Positions 53,914 to 63,456 are shown, counted from the stretch's first letter. The stretch is DNA of 64,000 bases from Gemmatimonadota bacterium (GCA_007121775.1 SKJY01000097.1:5138-69137); one strand, 5' to 3'. Notes: generated by a model not told the origin, from the sequence alone. Translations and numbers: made by a program.

Positions 53914-54249
53914 ATGGCCATCAGTGACAATCCCATGCCGCCCCAACTCCTCGAGATGGTGGCAGATCGCTTCAAGGCCCTCTCGGAACCGGCCAGGCTC
54001 TGTATCCTGGACACGCTCCGGCGAGGCGAATCCACCGTGGGGGAACTGGCTGAGCGAACCGGACTCCACCCGGCCAATGTGTCCAAGCATCTCCAGCTCC
54101 TGCACCAGAACGGCTTCGTGGAGCGGCGCAAGGAGGGTCTCTACGTCCACTACAGCCTCTCCGATGAGCGGGTGAATGCCCTCTGCGACATGATGTGCGG
54201 GAAGATCCAGGAGGAAGCCGAAGCCCAGCGGAAGGTGTTCGAGGGCTGA
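53914..54249 (+). CDS. ArsR/SmtB-family transcriptional regulator
   Basis: FKALSEPARLCIL..TVGELA..NVSKHLQLL..VERRKEG..YSL; C-terminal LCDMMC. Confidence 0.9.
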   Translation: MAISDNPMPPQLLEMVADRFKALSEPARLCILDTLRRGESTVGELAERTGLHPANVSKHLQLLHQNGFVERRKEGLYVHYSLSDERVNALCDMMCGKIQEEAEAQRKVFEG

Positions 54250-54360
54250 TCGTACGCCTCGGGCCGGCCGGCTGCGAGGAGTTGGAACCGCTTAGGAGTC
54301 TCGGGTCCAGAGGCTGTTGGGGGCAAGGCGGATCCGGACACCGCCCCGCCCCCGGCCACC

Positions 54361-55521
54361 TCAGCGAGCCGCGGTGGACCCTTCGTGGCCCCAGGGAGCC
54401 AGCGGCTCCGACACCGGAGTGGTTAGGTCGAAGTCGATCCGGTAGTTCCACTGGCCATCCCGGATCGTGCCGTAGGTGTAGCGCTCTCCCGGTACGATCT
54501 CAATGGCCCATCCCGAGGGGACCTCCCCGTCTCCGGCCCGGATGAACTCCTGGCGGTTGGCCGTGCCGGTACCAGGGGTATGGGCGCCGTACCAGGTGCT
54601 GGGCTCCGGCGATCCGTCCTCGTGACGATGGTCGTGGCGCAGATCGATCCCCGCGGTGGTGCGTGTCAGGAGCCAGGTTCTGGACCGGTTGTCATCCACA
54701 TGGAAGGGAAGTGCGAGTCGGTTCTCCCCACACCCCCGGAAGTGCACGGTCATGACCTCGTCCCCCTCGAAGATCTGGTCCGGATCCGGCCGCTCCACCA
54801 GGCGTCCCTCGAAGGCCTGTCCACAGTGGGCGGCGAGATTCGCCCAGAACTCCTCCTGAGCCGGGGCCAGCGAGGCCACCTCGCCCAGGGACGGGTGCCC
54901 CCAGGGCTCCAGATCCCACTGGACCGGCTCCGTCAGATCGAAGTCGAACCGGTGCCGCCACTCCCCGTCGCGCTGGGTGCCGTACGTGTACCGCTCGCCC
55001 GGGATGATCTCCACCCGCCAACCGGTCACCAGGCCATCGTCACGGACCCGCTTGAACTCGTGGGCATTGGCTGAGGGCGCCTCCACGGCCACCGGTGGGG
55101 CAGCCACGAAGGACCCGTAGAAGGTGTTGGGCTCCGGCGTCCCATCCGGGTAGCGGTGGTCGTGGCGCAGATCCACCCCTTCCCCCGTGCGGGTGAAGAT
55201 CCACGTACGGGACGCATTGTCCCCTGCGTAGACCGGTACCCGGACCTCTTCCTCAGAACACTCCCGGAAGGTGAGGGTGAGTTCGAGCCCGGGGGAGAAG
55301 TACGGATCTCCATCGGGCGCCGCATTCACCACTCCGGGAAAGGACTCGCCGCAGTGGACCGACAGGTTGGCCAGGAAGGCGGCGTGCACATCCGCCTCCC
55401 CGACGGCACCCGCCGTTTCCGAGCCGGCCGCACCATTGGACTCCCCCGCCGGATCGCATCCGGCCAGGGCGGCAAGGGCCAATGCACCGGTAAACAGGAC
55501 TCCCCCCTTTGAATTCACCAC
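54361..55521 (-). CDS. Lipoprotein with two tandem copies of an uncharacterised domain
   Basis: Lipobox LAGC; repeats FLANLSVHCG..SRTW..DLRHDHRYPDG..FYG and FWANLAAHCG..SRTW..DLRHDHRHEDG..WYG. Confidence 0.85.
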   Translation of the reverse strand: MVNSKGGVLFTGALALAALAGCDPAGESNGAAGSETAGAVGEADVHAAFLANLSVHCGESFPGVVNAAPDGDPYFSPGLELTLTFRECSEEEVRVPVYAGDNASRTWIFTRTGEGVDLRHDHRYPDGTPEPNTFYGSFVAAPPVAVEAPSANAHEFKRVRDDGLVTGWRVEIIPGERYTYGTQRDGEWRHRFDFDLTEPVQWDLEPWGHPSLGEVASLAPAQEEFWANLAAHCGQAFEGRLVERPDPDQIFEGDEVMTVHFRGCGENRLALPFHVDDNRSRTWLLTRTTAGIDLRHDHRHEDGSPEPSTWYGAHTPGTGTANRQEFIRAGDGEVPSGWAIEIVPGERYTYGTIRDGQWNYRIDFDLTTPVSEPLAPWGHEGSTAAR

Positions 55522-55654
55522 TCTCCAACCTCCTTCCTGCTCAGGAAACTTGTTGGAGGGTCCGGGGAAACTGCTCCATCGATGGAACAGGTCCCTCAGC
55601 CCCCCGTGTGGGCACCTCGCCTGCACCTACACCCCTTGTCGGACCCGGCGGGAA

Positions 55655-57289
55655 TCAGGACCCAGTCCAGCGATCCGGGGCCTCGTCACGCCAATCCCGG
55701 GGGTTGCCGAATGGGTAGAAATCCGAGGCCCGGGTATTCCGGTAGTCCAGCGCCTCCAGCCGAGTGGTCCCGAACCAATCCCCGGGGCCGTCCACGATGA
55801 TGATGGTGGGCGCATAACCCGTCTCATCGAAGCCTCGCCGGAAGTGCACCCGGGTCTTGAGGACGAACACATCGAAGTCATCGGGTTCGATGGGTCCGAA
55901 ACGCATCTGACCGGGAGCCGTATTCTGCTGATAGGCCGGAGCCAGGATGAGAACGCTCCCATATCCGTGGGCGATGGCCGCCACCCGGTCGTAGCCGAAG
56001 CGCTGGCCCCTCCAGATCAGCTCACCCTGGATGCGGACCGGCTCCCCCGCCTGTTCCCCCGTGTATCCACCAACCTCTCGATCGAAGGGGGCGCCAGGCT
56101 GGAGATCCTCTTCCCAGATCCAGTCCAGGGCCGGCTCGTCGGTCAGGGCGGAGTAGAGCACCCGGGGTACATTCCGGTCCACCAACTCCCGCAGGGTCCA
56201 GGTAGCGTCTCCCGGACGATCCCAGTAATCCGCCAGCACCACCGGAGTCGCGCCGGTCCGGATGGCCTCTTCCGCCATGGCCACCGCCTCCGCCGGCAGA
56301 GGGAACTCCCCTGTGGCCCAATCCGAGCGGACCCGCCAGATGAATTCCGCCATGTCGTCGGCAATGGCGTCGGCCAACTCCTGATCATCGTTGGTCATGA
56401 CGTGGATGGAGGTGCCCAGGTTCGGCACATCCGACCAGGGGAACCCCAGGAACACATTGACCACCGCGCCCGGCTCCCGGTCTTCCCAGCGTCGCGCCCG
56501 CTCCATCACATCCATGAGCGGAGACTGCCCGGTCCACTGCAGGACGGTGGCGGTGAGGATGGGAGGGCGCCGCACCGCCGTGGTGGGGCGGTACGTTCCC
56601 CGGATCACGGACCGGATGTAGCGGGCGGCTCGCTCTCCCTGGAGCCAAGCGTCATAGTGGGGGAAGCGCTTGGTGACGAAGGAGCCGTCGGCCCACCGGA
56701 GAAACTCTCCGTCCTCATTCCCGTGGAGGTCGAAGGTGGCCACGATGGGCACGTCGGGCCCCACCACCTCTCGGAAGCGGCGAGCCATCTCCGCCTCCGG
56801 CCTGGGAATGTTCCGAACCGCCATGGCTCCATGCACAGAGAGGAAGACCCCGTCCACGGGAAGTGCCGCCTCCAACTCCTCCAGCATCTGGCCTACGAAG
56901 TGATCGAAAACCTCCTCCTGGTTCCAGGTCCGGGAGGTACCACCGAAGACGCCCCGGGGTGAGGTCAGCCCTACGAGTTCCACGTCACCGAATTCCCGGG
57001 CCTGGTCCACGAATCCACCGACGTACCCCCCGGTATCGAGGAGCTCGTCACCGGTCAGGGGCGGTCCCATCCGAGTCCAGTCCTCGATCCCAGGATCTTC
57101 GCCAGGGCAGAAGGTGCAGGTTTCGTGGGAGAACCTTGCCACGGCAATCCGCATGGTCCCTTCCCCGTCACCGCCTCCAAGAGCCGGGGGTGAATTTGCT
57201 TCAGCGGAGGGCTCGCAACCCAGAAGAGCAGGGATCAAAAAGAGGAGGGAGAACGCCGTGATTACGGCGGGGCGGCGTGGACGCATCAC
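55655..57289 (-). CDS. M81/MlrC-family metallopeptidase, lipoprotein
   Basis: Lipobox LLGC; HETCTF, VHGAM, FDLHGN, FPHYD, LKTRVHFR. Confidence 0.88.
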   Translation of the reverse strand: MMRPRRPAVITAFSLLFLIPALLGCEPSAEANSPPALGGGDGEGTMRIAVARFSHETCTFCPGEDPGIEDWTRMGPPLTGDELLDTGGYVGGFVDQAREFGDVELVGLTSPRGVFGGTSRTWNQEEVFDHFVGQMLEELEAALPVDGVFLSVHGAMAVRNIPRPEAEMARRFREVVGPDVPIVATFDLHGNEDGEFLRWADGSFVTKRFPHYDAWLQGERAARYIRSVIRGTYRPTTAVRRPPILTATVLQWTGQSPLMDVMERARRWEDREPGAVVNVFLGFPWSDVPNLGTSIHVMTNDDQELADAIADDMAEFIWRVRSDWATGEFPLPAEAVAMAEEAIRTGATPVVLADYWDRPGDATWTLRELVDRNVPRVLYSALTDEPALDWIWEEDLQPGAPFDREVGGYTGEQAGEPVRIQGELIWRGQRFGYDRVAAIAHGYGSVLILAPAYQQNTAPGQMRFGPIEPDDFDVFVLKTRVHFRRGFDETGYAPTIIIVDGPGDWFGTTRLEALDYRNTRASDFYPFGNPRDWRDEAPDRWTGS

Positions 57290-57369
57290 AGACTCCGGGC
57301 TCCAGGGGGAAACGTAAGAAGTCGGGGATCAAGGTCCCAATGGACGGTGCCCATGGTCTTCTGGCAAGT

Positions 57370-58338
57370 TCACGCTTGGAGGGCCTCCCGGATCCACTTC
57401 GCCGCCTCCCCCTCCGCCCGCGCTTCCCCACCATATCCCAGGACGTGGCGGATCAACCAATCCCGGTTCACCACCGGGTGCACCACCCGGTAGCTACCGT
57501 CGGCGAGGCTCTCCCCCGGGTACCTCTCCTCGATCCAACGAGCGATCCTGGGTGAGTAGACCACCCCAACAGGCTCGGGAGGCGCCTCATCCGGACCCTG
57601 GAAGAAGAGACGGGCCTCGCGGGCGTAATCCTGGGGGTCGAAATCCTCGGGGACCTGAAACCGCTCGTCGGTAATCGCGATCCGAAGGATTCTGTCCATA
57701 CGGAAGGCTCGCATCCCGTCCGCGTCCGGGTCCCGTCCCAGGAGATACCACGATCCCTCCGCATGAACGGTGGCGTAGGGCGCCAGCCGGCGGTACTCGG
57801 GTGCCTCGGCTTCAGGCTTGAGGTAATCCAGATCTAGGGCCCGACCCTGGGCCATGGCATCCAGGGCCAGATCCCGGAACTCCACATCCGGCTCGGAAAG
57901 GGAGGCATCGAAGACCGGGGGCGGCTCCGCCGACTCCGGGGCAGACTCCATGAGGATGCCATGGATTCGCTCCAGAACCCGGTGGAATCTCTCCTCGTCC
58001 AACTCCCCGGGCGCTGCAGCACGACTTCGTATGCCCAGCACGACGGCCGCCGCCTCCGCCCGGGACAGCCTGGGTGGCCGGCGGAATGGGCCGGGGGTCC
58101 AGATCCGGAGCCGATCCTGCCCCGGCTGCCACTCCACCTGAAGCGACCCCGGGGTTCCGGCCGTGAGATTCATCTCACGCTCCGTCAGAAGCTGTATGTC
58201 ACGCTGCAGGGTTCGCGGTGCCACCTCCAGGATCCGGCAGAGTTCGGAGATCCGGACGCCCTCCGGTCGTTGCGCCGCCGGGATCAGGTAGAGCAGGCGT
58301 TCCAGTCGCGTCCGGGCGCCCTCGGCCCCGCGGCTCAC
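57370..58338 (-). CDS. wHTH-WYL-WCX regulator, PafC-like
   Basis: RLERLLYLIP..LCRILEV..LQRDIQLL; WYL core WYLLG..RAFRMDRI; WCX WLIRHVLGYG; GTGA overlap with the upstream gene. Confidence 0.88.
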   Translation of the reverse strand: MSRGAEGARTRLERLLYLIPAAQRPEGVRISELCRILEVAPRTLQRDIQLLTEREMNLTAGTPGSLQVEWQPGQDRLRIWTPGPFRRPPRLSRAEAAAVVLGIRSRAAAPGELDEERFHRVLERIHGILMESAPESAEPPPVFDASLSEPDVEFRDLALDAMAQGRALDLDYLKPEAEAPEYRRLAPYATVHAEGSWYLLGRDPDADGMRAFRMDRILRIAITDERFQVPEDFDPQDYAREARLFFQGPDEAPPEPVGVVYSPRIARWIEERYPGESLADGSYRVVHPVVNRDWLIRHVLGYGGEARAEGEAAKWIREALQA

Positions 58339-59468
58339 CGGTGCACCTCGAGAACCCGTTGCCGCATGGCCTCAGCCGCCTCGGTGAGAGATCTAGGGGC
58401 CACGATACGAGCACGCCCTCCATGACTCAGGATCCAGCGCAGGAAGGGACCTGGGCTCCGCACCTGGAAGCGCCGCAGAGCGAACGCTCTGGCACCGGCA
58501 CCCTCGGAGAGCACCCCGGGCAGGTTGTCTCGGGAAGCCGTCTCGTACCCCTCGCCGGATTCCACAGGCTCACCCCACCGGTTCCGCTCCGCCAGCAGGG
58601 AGAGGGGCGCGCGGAACAGCACATCCACCTCTTCCACCTCGGCCTCTCCCAGTTCCCAAGGGTCTCTCCGCCGAAGATGGTCCATGGAGTAGTCCGCCGG
58701 GATCTCGAAAGCCGGAACCGGCGAGGATCCATCCCGGTGCACCTGGGACATCCGGTCAACCCGAAAGAGACGCTCCGCCCCACGCGACGGATCCCATGCC
58801 ACCAGATACCACCGGGACCCCTGGTAAAGCAGACCTCGCGGGTGGACGGACCGCTCCTCCCGGCGATCGGCGCCGATGGTGTAGTACTCGAAACCCAGCG
58901 GACGCCGCTCTTCCAGTGACGCGGTGATCTCCTCCAGCGTCTCCCGGACATGGTGTGGGTCGAAGGGAGGCAGGTGCACAACGCGGTACTCATCGTCCCC
59001 GGTCGCCTCCGCCAGATCGAACGTCAACTTCCGGAGAGCGGCTCGGGCTTCACGACGAAGGGGAAACCCCGGAAGCTCCACGACGCTCCTGAGGCCGTCC
59101 ACCACCATGCGCAGATCAGCAGGAGAGAACCAGATGGATGAAGTCCGCTGCGTAGACACAGCCTCGGTTCCCTCCACGATTTCCAGTACCGGCAGGTAGA
59201 AATCCCGGTCCCGGAGAGAGTAGAGGGACTCCTCACTCGCGTCTTTCGTCTCCACCTTCAGGGGAACGCCCAAGCTCCGGAGTTCCCTCTTGTCCCGCTC
59301 GAACTTCCTGCGAACCGAGTCCCTGTCCAACGGCGTGCCGTCGACCCAGGAGTCCCTGTAGCCCGGGAGTTGCGATAGAAGCTCGGCCCCGGAGACGGGA
59401 AAGCGGCGGGTGGACAGAAACGCCAGGAGATCCAGTAAACGCGCCACCTTGGAGGGTTGCGAACTCAT
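58335..59468 (-). CDS. wHTH-WYL-WCX regulator, PafB-like
   Basis: RLLDLL..LPGY..RRKFERDKRELRSLGVPL (PafB-type HTH); WYLVAWD..RLFRVDRM; FLRWILSHG..P. Confidence 0.9.
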   Translation of the reverse strand: MSSQPSKVARLLDLLAFLSTRRFPVSGAELLSQLPGYRDSWVDGTPLDRDSVRRKFERDKRELRSLGVPLKVETKDASEESLYSLRDRDFYLPVLEIVEGTEAVSTQRTSSIWFSPADLRMVVDGLRSVVELPGFPLRREARAALRKLTFDLAEATGDDEYRVVHLPPFDPHHVRETLEEITASLEERRPLGFEYYTIGADRREERSVHPRGLLYQGSRWYLVAWDPSRGAERLFRVDRMSQVHRDGSSPVPAFEIPADYSMDHLRRRDPWELGEAEVEEVDVLFRAPLSLLAERNRWGEPVESGEGYETASRDNLPGVLSEGAGARAFALRRFQVRSPGPFLRWILSHGGRARIVAPRSLTEAAEAMRQRVLEVHR

Positions 59469-59525
59469 GGAGTGTACCGGGTTCGTGGGGATGGCTCCAA
59501 CTCCGCTGCGGGGAACCTGCGGCCA

Positions 59526-59554
59526 AGTATAGAGACTCGGTTTCCCCACGTCAC
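59526..59554 (-). promoter_or_regulatory. Putative sigma70 promoter of the WYL pair
   Basis: GTGACG-N17-TATACT on the minus strand, about 58 nt upstream of ATG 59468. Confidence 0.55.
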
Positions 59555-59725
59555 CCCGCGTTCCAAGGCGAATTCTGCAGAGTGGCGGACCAGCGCTCAC
59601 CCGACGGGACATTCTGTCCTGCCCGGGGACGGTTTGCGATAATGCGCTCGTCGGAATATCCTGTAACGCCTTGAGGATCCCTACTCGGACAGCCATTATG
59701 GCCAATCGCGTGGGGGTTCGTCTTC

Positions 59726-59740
59726 AGGCACGGAACTGGC
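59726..59740 (+). promoter_or_regulatory. Possible sigma54 (-24/-12) promoter of the USP gene
   Basis: AGGCACGGAACTGGC versus consensus TGGCACGNNNNTTGC; GG-N10-GC spacing exact. Confidence 0.35.
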
Positions 59741-59858
59741 AGAAGGGTGTTCGTCATCAAAGTCGCTTTTGGAACCGGCACCGATCATCCGCCTAAGCTA
59801 TCCATGCCCCTTATCCCCACAAGTTCACCCCATCCGCCTTCATCATCGAGGTAACTTC

Positions 59859-60734
59859 ATGTTCGAGCGCGTTCTGGTGGCCATGGACCTCTCCCCGGCA
59901 ACGGAGGCCCTGGTCTCAACGCTTCCGGGCCTCCGGGAGTTTGGAACCCGAGAGATCATTCTCGCCCACGTGGCCCGACCGATCCGGGAACCGGTCTCCA
60001 ACTCGCTCCGGGAGATCGGAGAGTTGAGGGAACGCCTGAACGAGTTGGCGGACAGGCTGAGGGAGGATGACCTGAAGGTGACTGTCGAGGTCCCCAACGG
60101 AAGTCCTGCCAGTGAGCTCATCAAGGTGGCAGATGCCAAGGACCCCGATGTGATCGTGGTGGGCTCCCGGAGCCACACCCGGATCCGGGAGGCCTTCGTT
60201 GGGAGTGTGGCGTGGGAGTTGGTACGACGCGCCAACCGCCCCATCATGCTGAAGCGGATCCAGGCAACGGCGGGCCAGGACGCCGAGGCGGCTCTCAAGG
60301 CTAGAAGGCAGGGTCTGCCGGACCGGGTGGTCCACCCGACGGACTTCTCCACCACGGCGCAGCGGTCTCTGCCCTGGCTCCAGGCTCTGGCTGCACGTGG
60401 CGTCCGAAGCTTCACCCTCCTTCACGTACTCCCGGTGGAGGCTCAGGACGGTCGCCAAGAAGCCATGGCTCAGTTGGAGAAGCTTGCGGCGGAGATGGAT
60501 CCAACGGGGAACGCGGAGATCTCCTGCAAGGTGCGGCTGGGGACTCCTCATGAAGAGATCTTCTCCGAGGGAGGAAAGTCCCGGCACAACATGGTGGTCA
60601 TGGGGACACATGGGCGCGGGGTGCTCCCTGAGATCGTCATGGGGAGTGAGAGCAGGCAGGTGGTTCGCCGAGCCAACGCCACCGTCCTTCTCATCCCCAC
60701 CGAGGTGGCCAAGCCGCCTGAGGTCGAAGGCTGA
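59859..60734 (+). CDS. Universal stress protein, two USP domains
   Basis: ERVLVAMDLS..IVVGSRS..VGSVA; HPTDFS..VVMGTHG..MGSES; GAGG RBS. Confidence 0.93.
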   Translation: MFERVLVAMDLSPATEALVSTLPGLREFGTREIILAHVARPIREPVSNSLREIGELRERLNELADRLREDDLKVTVEVPNGSPASELIKVADAKDPDVIVVGSRSHTRIREAFVGSVAWELVRRANRPIMLKRIQATAGQDAEAALKARRQGLPDRVVHPTDFSTTAQRSLPWLQALAARGVRSFTLLHVLPVEAQDGRQEAMAQLEKLAAEMDPTGNAEISCKVRLGTPHEEIFSEGGKSRHNMVVMGTHGRGVLPEIVMGSESRQVVRRANATVLLIPTEVAKPPEVEG

Positions 60735-60760
60735 TTACGCCTCTGTAAGGAGGCGGGTGA

Positions 60761-60799
60761 AGGGGCGGCCGGGTTCTCCCGGTCGCCCCTCTTCCTTTT
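60761..60799 (+). terminator. Intrinsic terminator after USP
   Basis: aggggcggccggg-ttct-cccggtcgcccct then cttcctttt. Confidence 0.65.
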
Positions 60800-60810
60800 C
60801 CCCCAAATCC

Positions 60811-62400
60811 ATGTCCCACTGGACACCCATGAGCCACCCCCCATCCGCTCGACGCCTCTTCCGATACCGGGAGGTAGTGGACGACTGGCAAGCCTTTCTC
60901 CAAGCCAACCATGCGCCGGAACCCACCTCCCTGCGGATTCGCCGGACGCTCACCGATCCCGCCGATGTGACTCTGCGGTTGGAGCGGCAGGGCTTCAGGT
61001 TAACGCCTGTGCCGGGGCTTGCCGACTACCTCCAGGTGGAGACAGGCCCCCATTCGGTGGCCCAGACCCTGGAGCACTGGACCGGACTCGTCCACATCCA
61101 GCAATCCGTCATGGCTCTCCCTTCCCTGGCCCTGGCACCCCGCCCGGGAGACCGGGTCCTGGACCTCTGCGCCGCCCCAGGGGGGAAGACGGCCCATCTT
61201 GCGGAACTCATGGGTGAACGTGGTCCCCTCGTCGCAGTGGACCCCAAGGAGAAGCGCCTGCGGGGGCTCATGAGCAATATCTTCCGTCTGGGATGCACCA
61301 ACGTGCTGGTGGTGGCCGCCGACGGGAGGGAGCTTCCGGGCGGCGCCCTCTTCGACGCGGTGCTGGTGGACGCTCCCTGCTCCGCTGAAGGGAACTACCG
61401 GAAGCAGGGTGGGCGGCTCCCGGATCGCACCCGGGAATTCCAGGTCTACGTCACCGGACTCCAGGATGCGCTACTGCGCCGTGGGATCGAACTGACCCGC
61501 CCGGGTGGCTCCGTCGTCTACTCTACCTGTACCTTCGCACCGGAAGAGAACGAGTTGGTGGTGCAGCGCATTCTCGACTCGTGCCCGGTCATCCTGGAAG
61601 AGATCGACCTGAATCTCCCCCACCAGCCCGGGTTGACCCGCTGGGACGGCGTGGAGTTGTCGCCCGAACTGGCCAAGACGTGGCGAGTCTACCCTCACCA
61701 CCTGGATTCGGGGGGGCTGTTCATGGCCCGCTTCCGGAAGGTATCGGGGTCCCGAGTCCACCCGGTGTCATCCTCCACTCCCGGGCCCCGACCGACCTCC
61801 GAGCCGGCCCACCCATCTCGGCAGGAAGACACGGGTAGAACCGAGTCTGCGTGGTCACCGGTTCCCCCCGCCTTCCCCGATGAGGACCAAGTGGCGGCCA
61901 CCGCGCGTATCGAGGGAGCAGTAAGGCTTCTCACGGAGGAGTACGGGATCTCCCCCAAGGCACTGGAGGCATTCGGCTGGATGGTTCGAAAGGACAACAT
62001 CTGGGTCCAGACCGCCGGGGAATGGCCGGTGGAGAGGTGGCGAGATCACGGCGGTTGGCGCGTGGTATCCCTGGGCCTCAGAGCGTTTCGGGCCGCCGGC
62101 TCCGGAAAGGAAACCCCGTCCAATCACCTTCTTGGGAGGCTGGCGTCACACCTTCCCACCCCTGAGGATCCGAGGGCAGGACCGCGTCACCGGACACTCT
62201 CTGACGGAGAGCTGCGCCACCTCCTGGAGGGAGGTGCGCTTGAAGACCCGACCCTCCCCCCAGGTCCTGTGGTGCTCCACCACGACGGGACCCTATTGGG
62301 ACGGGGAATGGTGGGGAGAGGGGGCCTTCGTCACGAGATCCCCACCGCTCAGGCCCGGAGACTCGGTGCCATCCTGGAGGGCGCGAAGCCAGAGGGATGA
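60811..62400 (+). CDS. RsmB/RsmF (NOL1/NOP2/Sun) RNA m5C methyltransferase
   Basis: VLDLCAAPGGKT, VDAPCSAEG, YSTCTFAPEENE; C-terminal PUA-like region; start 60811 or 60829. Confidence 0.92.
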   Translation: MSHWTPMSHPPSARRLFRYREVVDDWQAFLQANHAPEPTSLRIRRTLTDPADVTLRLERQGFRLTPVPGLADYLQVETGPHSVAQTLEHWTGLVHIQQSVMALPSLALAPRPGDRVLDLCAAPGGKTAHLAELMGERGPLVAVDPKEKRLRGLMSNIFRLGCTNVLVVAADGRELPGGALFDAVLVDAPCSAEGNYRKQGGRLPDRTREFQVYVTGLQDALLRRGIELTRPGGSVVYSTCTFAPEENELVVQRILDSCPVILEEIDLNLPHQPGLTRWDGVELSPELAKTWRVYPHHLDSGGLFMARFRKVSGSRVHPVSSSTPGPRPTSEPAHPSRQEDTGRTESAWSPVPPAFPDEDQVAATARIEGAVRLLTEEYGISPKALEAFGWMVRKDNIWVQTAGEWPVERWRDHGGWRVVSLGLRAFRAAGSGKETPSNHLLGRLASHLPTPEDPRAGPRHRTLSDGELRHLLEGGALEDPTLPPGPVVLHHDGTLLGRGMVGRGGLRHEIPTAQARRLGAILEGAKPEG

Positions 62401-62478
62401 CCCGCAGGCGTCCGGGGTGGCGGAGGCGTCCATAGCATGCCGTTGTCGGCTGGATGCGCGGGCCTCCCCGGACCCTGC

Positions 62479-63456
62479 TCAGTCCCCCAGGACGTAGGCA
62501 AAGATGAGAGGGGCGACGATACTGGCATCGGACATGATGTGGAACTTCGGAGTGTCCGCAGCAAGTTTGCCCCAGGTGATCTTCTCGTTGGGGGGCGCAC
62601 CGGAGTAGCCGCCGTAGGAGGCGTCGGCGTCGGTGATCTGGCAGAAGTATCCCCAGAAGGGAACCTCCTGCTGCATGTCCTGGATGATGCTGGGGACGGT
62701 GCAGATGGCGAAGTCCCCGGCGATCCCGCCACCGATCTGGAAGAAGCCCACCGAGGGCCTCCCCTCCGCCGCACCGTTGTTGGCCAGGTACCACTGGATC
62801 AGGTGGGCGAACTGCTCCGTCCCCGTCTTGCAACACTGATGGTGGGGAAGCTCCCCCGTCAGAACGTTGGCGGCGAACATGTTCCCGGTGGTGGAGTCTT
62901 CCCAGCCGGGGGAATACACCGGGATATCCTGCTCCAGAGCCGCCAGGAGCCATGAGTTGGCCGGGTCTATCTGATAGTACTGGTCCAGTTCGCCTGAGCG
63001 GAGGATGTCGTAGAGGTACTCGAAGGGAAACTTCCGGACACCCTCCTCACAGGCCTGCTTCCAGCGAGCCACCAGGCGGGCCTCCAGGTGCCGCATGATG
63101 TCCTCGGGGATGCAGGTGTCCGTGACCCGGTTCATCCCCCGCTCGTAGAGAGCCACCTCGTCTTCGGCGGAGAGGGCACGCCAATTGGGAATCACCTCAT
63201 ACTCGTTGTGCCCCAGGAGGTTGAAGACATCTTCCTCCAGATTCGCTCCGGTGCAGGAAATGGCGTGGACCTTCCCCTCCCGGATCATCCTGGAGAGGAT
63301 GATGCCCAGCTCGCCGGTGGACATTGCGCCGGCCAGGGTGACCAGCATCTTGCCGCCGGCCTCCAGGTGGGCCTCCCAGGCACGGGCGGCGGCCACCGCC
63401 TCCCTGGCGTTGAAGTGGCGGTAGTGCTTGTCCATGAACTGGCGGACGGAACTCAT
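62479..63456 (-). CDS. Deoxyhypusine synthase-like protein (probable homospermidine synthase)
   Basis: LAGAMSTGE, TGANLEED, RVTDTCIPE, EDST, IGGGIAGDF, GGYSGAPPNEKITWGK, SDASIVAP. Confidence 0.92.
   Translation of the reverse strand: MSSVRQFMDKHYRHFNAREAVAAARAWEAHLEAGGKMLVTLAGAMSTGELGIILSRMIREGKVHAISCTGANLEEDVFNLLGHNEYEVIPNWRALSAEDEVALYERGMNRVTDTCIPEDIMRHLEARLVARWKQACEEGVRKFPFEYLYDILRSGELDQYYQIDPANSWLLAALEQDIPVYSPGWEDSTTGNMFAANVLTGELPHHQCCKTGTEQFAHLIQWYLANNGAAEGRPSVGFFQIGGGIAGDFAICTVPSIIQDMQQEVPFWGYFCQITDADASYGGYSGAPPNEKITWGKLAADTPKFHIMSDASIVAPLIFAYVLGD

Noticed and set aside
57370..59468. WYL genes as markers of a phage-defence island
   Set aside because: Neighbours are housekeeping or metabolic genes, composition looks native, and no nuclease, CBASS, RM or mobility genes are present
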